From a virus (lineage: Duplodnaviria; Caudoviricetes), in the IMG/VR virus record IMGVR_UViG_2595698755_000001, positions 104,877-168,876 of that record: a stretch of DNA of 64,000 bases; one strand, written 5' to 3'. The notes beneath the pieces are model-generated. The model saw nothing but the letters and a program-made list of their open reading frames with translations, had not been told where the DNA came from and did no database searches. This document shows, in pieces, positions 41,686-47,632 of this stretch (positions within the stretch are counted from its first letter, which is position 1; each line of letters begins with the position of its first letter). A program made the position numbers and the translations under genes.

Positions 41686-43128
41686 TTAAACCGTAACCTT
41701 CGCATATCTTTCAGTCTCTAAAACATCTAACATAAACTCGTATGGAGTCTTGCCATTGGAATCTAGTAATTGTTGTAGAATACTTGGTGAGTAACCACTT
41801 ACTAGCTGTACGCCTTGTGCGTTCATCGTCATTGGTGTATTGCCGACAGCACGTACATTCCAGAATACGATATTAGGGAAGTCATATCCTGCTTCTTCAA
41901 AACGCTCACGCATCTTGTTGAAGATATCAACGCTATTTCCTTTGATACAGTATTCGTCAAACTGCATATCAGAGATTATGTATAACTTCTTGACTACATC
42001 ATCATTTGACACGTTATTCTCAATAGCTACATCTAACACTTTTTGCAAAGCAAGTTGGATGTTTGTGCTATAGCCTTTACGTGCATTGATGTTTCTTACC
42101 TTCTCTACGATGTCGCTACCTTTAATCTCTACGAATGAAGGACGGTCTGTGAAAGTTAAGAAGTGGTTATGGTAAATACCTTTGTTGCGTTCTGCAATAT
42201 ACATTGCTAGTGCAATAGATACTTCCATTGGTGTTCCATTCATACTTTCACTCACATCAGCCATAACTAAAGCATTATCAGTTTTGTCACCGATGAAGTT
42301 TGGTAAGTTTTCCCATTGACCTTCAAACAACTTAATATCTTGTGGAGATACATAGCGATGAAGAATTTTACCTACGATGTCGTTTGGATATAATGTTTTC
42401 GCATTAACCTTCACTTCACCTTTAGATAAACTGTCAAGGAAACCTTTGTAACGTTCTTCGTCATTTCGGAAGAATGCTCCACGATAAACCATTCCTGCAC
42501 GTGATGGAAGTTTGTCATACTGGATGTCTCCATAACGCTTTTCTGAAAGCTTTGTCTCAACTAGGTTAAGCTTCGCTCTCAATTCAGATAACAGTTTACG
42601 ATACTGTTTTGGTTTTACACCAAAATGTTCTCGCATAAGTTTTGCATACTTCTTTGTAACATGACTAGAAGCATTTTCAGATGGCATCCACTTAGCTAGT
42701 AAGGATGGACGGTCTGTTTGCTTGTCTGCTACTAACTGACGTTTAACAAACGCTAAAACATCTGCTTTCAAGTCTGTTTCTAATAATACCCATAAATCAT
42801 CCCAACGACCAAATGCAGGTACAAGTTCAATGTTATTACGTAAAGCTTCCTTGTGATGTAAAGCTAAGTGTTGCATAGCTAAACGGAAGAAACGTCTTTC
42901 CCCTTGTCCTTGTTCAATGTCACGTAAGTAGAAGATTGCTTTCAATGTCAACAATTGATTTTCACCAAATGCCTTAGACACGATTGCTTTAATATCAGCT
43001 TCACTACGTTGTCTCATTGCACCGCCTTGAGAGAATAAATCTAAAACATCAGATTTTGTACTCTTATAAGCGATAGCACCATTTTCAGTTGTTGTTTTAT
43101 TAAATTCATTTTTTAAGTGATTCAACAT
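41686..43128 (-). CDS. DUF2828-family protein (Ro60/TROVE-like helical domain plus C-terminal vWA), 480 aa
   Basis: TENGA..ST...LDLF, RD...GQGER, FGRWDDL, SLLAKWMPSE, YRK.L, LYP.DIV; vWA MIDAS-like DVSES, TN, IISDMQFD, IVFWN, LVSGYSP. Confidence 0.85.
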   Translation of the reverse strand: MLNHLKNEFNKTTTENGAIAYKSTKSDVLDLFSQGGAMRQRSEADIKAIVSKAFGENQLLTLKAIFYLRDIEQGQGERRFFRLAMQHLALHHKEALRNNIELVPAFGRWDDLWVLLETDLKADVLAFVKRQLVADKQTDRPSLLAKWMPSENASSHVTKKYAKLMREHFGVKPKQYRKLLSELRAKLNLVETKLSEKRYGDIQYDKLPSRAGMVYRGAFFRNDEERYKGFLDSLSKGEVKVNAKTLYPNDIVGKILHRYVSPQDIKLFEGQWENLPNFIGDKTDNALVMADVSESMNGTPMEVSIALAMYIAERNKGIYHNHFLTFTDRPSFVEIKGSDIVEKVRNINARKGYSTNIQLALQKVLDVAIENNVSNDDVVKKLYIISDMQFDEYCIKGNSVDIFNKMRERFEEAGYDFPNIVFWNVRAVGNTPMTMNAQGVQLVSGYSPSILQQLLDSNGKTPYEFMLDVLETERYAKVTV

Positions 43129-43220
43129 AATATCACTACTCCTTTTTATCTTTTATTAAACACTTTCTTAAACTCTAAATCTACGTTTCTAATTTAAAAT
43201 GCAAGAAACTGCTTAATAAC

Positions 43221-43281
43221 AAGACACTCCTATTTTTCATCGCATATGATATAAAATTTAGGTATTTGCTGTATGTGTCTT
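43221..43281 (-). ncRNA. ACAGC-module small RNA copy 1 (Y-RNA-like), 61 nt
   Basis: AAGACAC-ATACAGC-AAATA-[CCTA...TAGG stem-loop]-A-GTGTCTT. Confidence 0.7.
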
Positions 43282-43294
43282 TAAGCAATTTTGC

Positions 43295-43423
43295 TAGGCT
43301 CTACCTCTAATCCTGCATCGGCTGTGACCCCTAATGCAAGACGACCTTTCGGAAGGGTCTTTCATCGCTTTGGATATCTTTTAATTGTTCTTATGTATTT
43401 TAAGATTCGCTGTGATGAGCCTA
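43295..43423 (-). ncRNA. ACAGC-module small RNA copy 2, 129 nt
   Basis: TAGGCTC-ATCACAGC-GAAT-[two internal hairpins]-A-GAGCCTA. Confidence 0.6.
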
Positions 43424-43427
43424 ATTT

Positions 43428-43602
43428 GGGTGTTCCTCCCTCGATGTGGACTCTTAGGAAGAACGGGTTGTGAGAGTAAGACATTGCGAACTCTTAGTTT
43501 TTGCCAAGAGTTATTAGGTGAGGTATCTGGGATTACTTAACCCACTATGGGCTTCTCTGCCCTGTGAGCCTTTCATTCCTACCTCGTTCCCCTTACGGGT
43601 TA
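43428..43602 (-). ncRNA. Putative structured RNA of unknown class
   Basis: GC-richer than flanks, no credible ORF, several nested stems (GAGGTA/TACCTC, GGGC/GCCC, TGGG/CCCA, AACTCTTGG/CTAAGAGTT). Confidence 0.45.
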
Positions 43603-43610
43603 TAATTAAC

Positions 43611-43670
43611 TAGACACTATACTTTTATCACCATTGATTGTCGTAAGTATGTATTTGCTGTGTGTGTCTA
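43611..43670 (-). ncRNA. ACAGC-module small RNA copy 3, 60 nt
   Basis: TAGACAC-ACACAGC-AAATA-C-[ATACTT...AAGTAT]-A-GTGTCTA; begins about 8 nt downstream of a consensus -10. Confidence 0.75.
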
Positions 43671-43678
43671 CATTTATT

Positions 43679-43707
43679 ATTATACCATTATCTTTTACTT
43701 TTGTCAA
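43679..43707 (-). promoter_or_regulatory. Sigma-A consensus promoter for small RNAs and DUF2828 gene
   Basis: TTGACA-17-TATAAT with TG extension. Confidence 0.8.
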
Positions 43708-43740
43708 CAATTTCTGTTACATTCTATAAAAGATTTTTGA

Positions 43741-43813
43741 CACCCCAGAAAGGATTCGAACCTTCAACCTTGTGGGTAGAAACCACCTGCACATCCAATT
43801 GTGCTTCTGAGGT
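43741..43813 (-). tRNA. tRNA-Arg(TCT)
   Basis: Cloverleaf; acceptor ACCTCAG/CTGGGGT, loop TTTCTAC, TTCGAAT T-loop; A at position 8. Confidence 0.8.
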
Positions 43814-43818
43814 ATGAA

Positions 43819-43891
43819 CATCCCTATCTGGATTCGAACCAGAATTAAAAGCTTCGTAGGCTTTCGTGTTAATCCATTACACTATAGAGAT
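43819..43891 (-). tRNA. tRNA-Arg(ACG)
   Basis: AAAGC-CTACGAA-GCTTT anticodon arm; TTCGAAT T-loop. Confidence 0.85.
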
Positions 43892-43897
43892 AAAGAG

Positions 43898-43969
43898 TGT
43901 GGTATATCGGATTCGAACCGATGTCTCATGGTTGGAAGCCACAAATCATAACCCCTAGACCAATACCAC
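43898..43969 (-). tRNA. tRNA-Gly(TCC)
   Basis: TGTGG-CTTCCAA-CCATG arm; acceptor GTGGTAT/ATACCAC. Confidence 0.8.
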
Positions 43970-43977
43970 ATAATATA

Positions 43978-44062
43978 AGGAGAGTAAGGGATTCGAACCC
44001 TTGGAAGTTTTACCTCCACTTGGTTAGCAACCAAGCACAATAAGCCACTCTGACAACTCTCC
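43978..44062 (-). tRNA. tRNA-Ser(GCT)
   Basis: CTTGG-TTGCTAA-CCAAG arm; long variable arm. Confidence 0.85.
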
Positions 44063-44070
44063 ATAAAATA

Positions 44071-44156
44071 AGGAAGGTAGCGGACTCGAACCCCTAGACC
44101 ATTGCTGACCACTAGTTTTCAAGACTAGCTAGCACTACCGATATGCAAGACCTTCC
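44071..44156 (-). tRNA. tRNA-Ser(TGA)
   Basis: CTAGT-CTTGAAA-ACTAG arm; long variable arm. Confidence 0.85.
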
Positions 44157-44163
44157 ATAAAAC

Positions 44164-44248
44164 TAGGCACTTTGTAGGGAATTGAACCCTTTATACATTC
44201 TTCTGAGTGATTGTATTCATACCAAAGTATATTAGCTGTGTGTGCCTA
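44164..44248 (-). ncRNA. ACAGC-module small RNA copy 4 with T-arm-like hairpin, 85 nt
   Basis: TAGGCAC-ACACAGC-TAATA-...AGGG-TTCAATT-CCCT-ACAAA-GTGCCTA. Confidence 0.7.
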
Positions 44249-44251
44249 AAA

Positions 44252-44323
44252 TGCAGGTTGAGGGAATCGAACCCCCGATTATCGCTTACAAGGCGATTGT
44301 TATAGCCCCTTAACTAAACCTGC
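44252..44323 (-). tRNA. tRNA-Thr(TGT)
   Basis: ATCGC-CTTGTAA-GCGAT arm. Confidence 0.88.
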
Positions 44324-44324
44324 G

Positions 44325-44398
44325 TGGTGGAGGATAAGGGAGTCGAACCCTTGACTATGGCTTGCAAAGCCATTGTTTTCCCACTAAACTAATCCCCC
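44325..44398 (-). tRNA. tRNA-Ala(TGC)
   Basis: ATGGC-TTTGCAA-GCCAT arm; G3:U70; encoded CCA. Confidence 0.9.
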
Positions 44399-44403
44399 GA
44401 AAG

Positions 44404-44476
44404 TGCGGGTAGCAGGACTCGAACCTGCGACATCTAGCTTCCAAAGCCAGTAGGCTACCAACTGCCCCATACCCAC
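44404..44476 (-). tRNA. tRNA-Pro(TGG)
   Basis: CTGGC-TTTGGAA-GCTAG arm. Confidence 0.85.
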
Positions 44477-44488
44477 ATATTAAGATGA

Positions 44489-44571
44489 TACAGAAGGAGG
44501 GACTCGAACCCTCACGCCACTAGGACAGCAGATTCTAAATCTGCCAAGTCTACCAATTCCATCACTCCTGC
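44489..44571 (-). tRNA. tRNA-Leu(TAG)
   Basis: GCAGA-TTTAGAA-TCTGC arm; long variable arm. Confidence 0.85.
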
Positions 44572-44575
44572 ATAA

Positions 44576-44661
44576 TGGTGGGGCAGATAGGATTCGAACC
44601 TACTAAGCCGATGGCAGTGGATTTACAGTCCACCGTAACTCTCCAACGTTACCGCTACCCC
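44576..44661 (-). tRNA. tRNA-Tyr(GTA)
   Basis: GTGGA-CTGTAAA-TCCAC arm; long variable arm; encoded CCA. Confidence 0.88.
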
Positions 44662-44670
44662 ATATTTAGA

Positions 44671-44741
44671 TGGTGGATGGAAGAATCGAACTTCCGTTTA
44701 TCGGTTATCAGCCGATTGTATTACCTCTATACGAATCCACC
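44671..44741 (-). tRNA. tRNA-Ile(GAT)
   Basis: ATCGG-CTGATAA-CCGAT arm. Confidence 0.88.
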
Positions 44742-44767
44742 AGATTGAGAGATGACCAGTCTCTCAC

Positions 44768-44890
44768 AAGACACAAACTTTTGTGCTCCCACTACACCAC
44801 ATCCCTTAGGTCTTAGGATGGTGAGGAATCGAACCTCACGCCACTACATTGATTGGTTAGTTAGTTGTATGTATTTGCTGTACGTGTCTT
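44768..44890 (-). ncRNA. ACAGC-module RNA copy 5: YrlA-like permuted tRNA mimic, 123 nt
   Basis: AAGACAC-GTACAGC-AAATA...GTGAGG-TTCGATT-CCTCAC (T arm), CATCCT-loop-GGGATG (closed acceptor), TG-GTGT-AGTGGGA-GCAC (D arm)...GTGTCTT. Confidence 0.8.
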
Positions 44891-44896
44891 TATTAA

Positions 44897-44968
44897 TAGC
44901 GCATACGGGACTCGAACCCGTTACTGTAGCGTGAAAGGCTACCGTCTTAACCCATTGACCAATGCGCC
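44897..44968 (-). tRNA. tRNA-Glu(TTC)
   Basis: GTAGC-CTTTCAC-GCTAC arm. Confidence 0.88.
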
Positions 44969-44977
44969 ATGATATTT

Positions 44978-45054
44978 TGGAAGGACTAACCAGATTCGAA
45001 CTGGCGATTGTCTGGGTTGCAACCAGATGTGTTTGTCCACTTCACCATAGCCCT
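44978..45054 (-). tRNA. tRNA-Cys(GCA)
   Basis: TCTGG-TTGCAAC-CCAGA arm; U73; encoded CCA. Confidence 0.88.
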
Positions 45055-45061
45055 TATAATA

Positions 45062-45133
45062 TGGCTCCCGTTGGTATCGAACCAACCTCCAAGGATTTTC
45101 AGTCCTTTGCTAATCCATCTCAGCTAGAGAGCC
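45062..45133 (-). tRNA. tRNA-Phe(GAA)
   Basis: AAGGA-CTGAAAA-TCCTT arm. Confidence 0.88.
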
Positions 45134-45137
45134 ATGA

Positions 45138-45210
45138 TTACGGTGGTGGGAATCGAACCCACTATCTCTTGGTTATGAGCCAAGCAACTTAGCCGTTTGT
45201 CCTCACCGCA
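45138..45210 (-). tRNA. tRNA-Met(CAT) (Met vs Ile2 identity uncertain)
   Basis: CTTGG-CTCATAA-CCAAG arm; acceptor TGCGGTG/CACCGTA. Confidence 0.8.
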
Positions 45211-45261
45211 TTAATATGAATGAAAGCTTCTTTTAGAGTTGAAACTGACCAACATTCTCTA

Positions 45262-45334
45262 TCAGCATGGAGGGAATCGAACCCTCATTCGTGGATTCAC
45301 AGTCCACTGCGTTAAGCCATTACGCCACACACTG
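45262..45334 (-). tRNA. tRNA-His(GTG)
   Basis: GTGGA-CTGTGAA-TCCAC arm; lacks G-1:C73. Confidence 0.8.
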
Positions 45335-45375
45335 GAAACTAAATACTAATATCTAAGACTAATATTTAGTTTCCA
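45333..45375. repeat. 13-bp perfect inverted repeat between tRNA-Gln and tRNA-His
   Basis: TGGAAACTAAATA...TATTTAGTTTCCA. Confidence 0.7.
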
Positions 45376-45394
45376 AAGAATGGAATAAAGATGA

Positions 45395-45468
45395 CTTCCG
45401 AGGAAGGCTTCGAACCTCCAAACCCTAGCTTCAAAGGCTAGTGACTTTACCAGTTTGTCTACTCGGAA
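45395..45468 (-). tRNA. tRNA-Gln(TTG)
   Basis: CTAGC-CTTTGAA-GCTAG arm; U1:A72. Confidence 0.88.
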
Positions 45469-45479
45469 ATAATAGGATA

Positions 45480-45550
45480 TGTGGAATAAGGGAATCGAAC
45501 CCTTGACCTCTGAATGGCAATCAGAAATTTTACCTCTAAACTAATTCCAC
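45480..45550 (-). tRNA. tRNA-Gly(GCC)
   Basis: TCTGA-TTGCCAT-TCAGA arm. Confidence 0.85.
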
Positions 45551-45551
45551 A

Positions 45552-45625
45552 TGGCATACCCTCTAGGATTTGAACCCAGACTAGAAGTTTTGGAGACTCC
45601 TGTGCTACCATTACACTAAGGGTAT
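45552..45625 (-). tRNA. tRNA-Trp(CCA)
   Basis: GGAGT-CTCCAAA-ACTTC arm; G73; encoded CCA. Confidence 0.88.
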
Positions 45626-45626
45626 A

Positions 45627-45700
45627 TGGCGACCCGTAGGGGAATCGAACCCCTAACTCTGCATAGACAGTGCAGTATTTTTCCTTTAAACTAACGAGCC
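45627..45700 (-). tRNA. tRNA-Asp(GTC)
   Basis: CTGCA-CTGTCTA-TGCAG arm (pyrimidine at 37); G73; encoded CCA. Confidence 0.82.
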
Positions 45701-45702
45701 AT

Positions 45703-45777
45703 TGGCTGGGGTGATAGGAATTGAACCTACACTCTTTCGGTTAACAGCCGACTGCTTTACCTTTAAGCTACACCCCA
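45703..45777 (-). tRNA. tRNA-Asn(GTT)
   Basis: GTCGG-CTGTTAA-CCGAA arm; G73; encoded CCA. Confidence 0.88.
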
Positions 45778-45783
45778 ATATTC

Positions 45784-45832
45784 TAGACACTCAACTTTAT
45801 TATCCAAAAGTTGTAATCGCTGTATGTGTCTA
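45784..45832 (-). ncRNA. ACAGC-module small RNA copy 6 (minimal, 49 nt)
   Basis: TAGACAC-ATACAGC-GATTA-CAACTTT-TGGATAAT-AAAGTTG-A-GTGTCTA; first module of the tRNA operon. Confidence 0.75.
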
Positions 45833-45858
45833 AGTAGGTTTCTCAACCTTATAATACT

Positions 45859-45887
45859 ATTATATCATAATCTTTTGTGTTTGTCAA
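45859..45887 (-). promoter_or_regulatory. Sigma-A consensus promoter of tRNA operon
   Basis: TTGACA-17-TATAAT with TG extension. Confidence 0.8.
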
Positions 45888-45968
45888 GTAAATATGTTAC
45901 ATACTTGAAAACTTTTTTTTGAAGTTAAGTGGCGGTTTGATTACAACGTCACCACTTAACTTATACTA

Positions 45969-45997
45969 AGTATACCATTATCTCTGATGTTTGTCAA
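45969..45997 (-). promoter_or_regulatory. Second, tandem sigma-A promoter
   Basis: TTGACA-17-TATACT with TG extension. Confidence 0.7.
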
Positions 45998-46025
45998 CAA
46001 TATATCTTAGATTATTTAAAACTTT

Positions 46026-47261
46026 TTACATTAGGTCAGCAATGTCTGCTACACGACTTCTATGTACTCGTTGAAGTTCAACTTCTCCGAATAGGTCTAG
46101 ACCTCGGAATACCTCTGACATACGCTTCATACCATTGTTAGAAGAATATGCATCTCGGTCAACCTGTGCGAAGTAATCACCGTCTACAACAACCTTAGTA
46201 TTCTCTGAGATACGTTGTAGTCCCAGTTTCATTAGGTCTGCTGTTAAGTTCTGTGCTTCTAGAATCCATACGATTGTTTTGTTATCGCCTGTGTCGAAAC
46301 CACGTAGGTCTACGAATGGAAGGATGTCTAGTTTTTGGTCAAAGATTTGCGCTAAGATTTCTTCCTCGCCACCAAACTTAGATTTAAGCATTGTACCAAC
46401 TGCTGACTGCATTAACTTCTCCATACGGTCACCTTTGTAGAATCCAAGTTCTTGTGCTTCACGTAGAGGTGTTGGGTTAACAAACATTACTAGTTTGTAT
46501 CCTTCTTCTTCAACCATTCTCCAAGCAGTGTTCAGAGTGATTAATGATTTACCACTACCTGCACGACCACGAAGGATTGTTAACTGGTTACTTCTGATTG
46601 AATCAATTGCCATGATTTGATGCTCATCGAATGGCTTGAATTTACCGAATTGATTTGTTCTAAATTCAGCACCTAGTTTGCCTTGTACATCACGTAATGA
46701 TTTTGTAGTTGTCCCAGTCCATTTTACGATGTCAAGTAACTCATCATCCACACGATTATTTACGATAGCGTATTCATTAATCATTAAACCAAAATGGTTG
46801 TGCTCTGGAGTTTCCATCATTCTATTATATCCTGTCTCTGACATTGCAAATTCTTGGAATCCCTTATTGTCAACGAAATTACTGTCATCCATTTTCTGGA
46901 TAGTGATATTGTATAACTTACATTTCTCTTTTAGTAAACGGTCATTAGTAATCATTCCATAACCATTATCTACAGCTACTTGAAGCAGGATGTTGTCTAC
47001 ATATTGTGAGTCAAATCCATCTTCTTCTTTTTCTAAAGAAAACTTGTAATCTTTAATGTCAATGTATACATGAGGGTTGTCTTCATTTTCATCAAGGAAT
47101 TTTTTAAGTCTACGAATCTCAAATTGTAAAGTTCTGTCACTCTTACGTTTAAGTTCAAGTTGTTCAATCTCTCTTAACACATGTGAAGGAATCACACAAT
47201 CAAAATCGAAAACAACTTCTGGTTTTCTTAGTAATGCATTTGTATCTACAACAAATTTCAT
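46026..47261 (-). CDS. phoH: PIN-PhoH (PhoH2/YlaK-like) protein
   Basis: N-terminal PIN VVDTNALL, VDNILL, ITNDRLL; GRAGSGKS Walker A, LGFYKG, LRG, EAQNLT, GDYFAQVD, HRSRVA. Confidence 0.88.
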   Translation of the reverse strand: MKFVVDTNALLRKPEVVFDFDCVIPSHVLREIEQLELKRKSDRTLQFEIRRLKKFLDENEDNPHVYIDIKDYKFSLEKEEDGFDSQYVDNILLQVAVDNGYGMITNDRLLKEKCKLYNITIQKMDDSNFVDNKGFQEFAMSETGYNRMMETPEHNHFGLMINEYAIVNNRVDDELLDIVKWTGTTTKSLRDVQGKLGAEFRTNQFGKFKPFDEHQIMAIDSIRSNQLTILRGRAGSGKSLITLNTAWRMVEEEGYKLVMFVNPTPLREAQELGFYKGDRMEKLMQSAVGTMLKSKFGGEEEILAQIFDQKLDILPFVDLRGFDTGDNKTIVWILEAQNLTADLMKLGLQRISENTKVVVDGDYFAQVDRDAYSSNNGMKRMSEVFRGLDLFGEVELQRVHRSRVADIADLM

Positions 47262-47281
47262 ATTAATCTCTCCCTAGATTA

Positions 47282-47632
47282 TCATTTGATTTTTTTTAAT
47301 CCATCTTTAAGTTTTTTTGAAGGTTCTAGTCCGACTTTGTGATAGTCCTTACTGTGCATAATTTCACCAGTTTGAGGATGTCTCATTCGTCTTCCTTTTG
47401 CTTTGCGGATATCCAAAGTGAATAACCCCATAACTTTCAACTTACCATATTGTAGTAATCCTTTTACCATATGGTCTACTGCAACTTTTACAATTACTTT
47501 TACTTCACTTTTTCTTATCTTCAACTCTCGTACACGTTCGTCCTTCCAGACTTCATGAATTAATTCTGTTAAGTTCAATACTTTCACCCCTTCAAACTCT
47601 GATATTAATAAATTGTGGTTCAATATAATCAT
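47282..47632 (-). CDS. HU-like DNA-binding protein (true start probably TTG near 47578)
   Basis: LNLTELI, GLFTL..RKAKGR..RHPQTGE, PSKKLKD motifs. Confidence 0.8.
   Translation of the reverse strand: MIILNHNLLISEFEGVKVLNLTELIHEVWKDERVRELKIRKSEVKVIVKVAVDHMVKGLLQYGKLKVMGLFTLDIRKAKGRRMRHPQTGEIMHSKDYHKVGLEPSKKLKDGLKKIK

Noticed and set aside
43486-43515. ATAACTCTTGGCAAAAACTAAGAG loosely recalls the Bacillus tmRNA resume region
   Set aside because: No tmRNA tRNA-like ends and no tag frame ending in ALAA; the segment is explained as a simple hairpin.
43428-43602. Hammerhead ribozyme
   Set aside because: No CUGANGA...GAAA core in the right helical context on either strand.
43291-45192. Short ORFs in the track (43291-43473, 43882-44112, 44752-44934, 44962-45192)
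   Set aside because: They overlap tRNAs or structured RNAs, lack an RBS and look like spurious frames.
43221-45832. ACAGC/GACAC repeats as a CRISPR array
   Set aside because: Units are self-closing helices with cargo of very different lengths, irregularly spaced among tRNAs; there are no identical direct repeats and no cas genes in the window.
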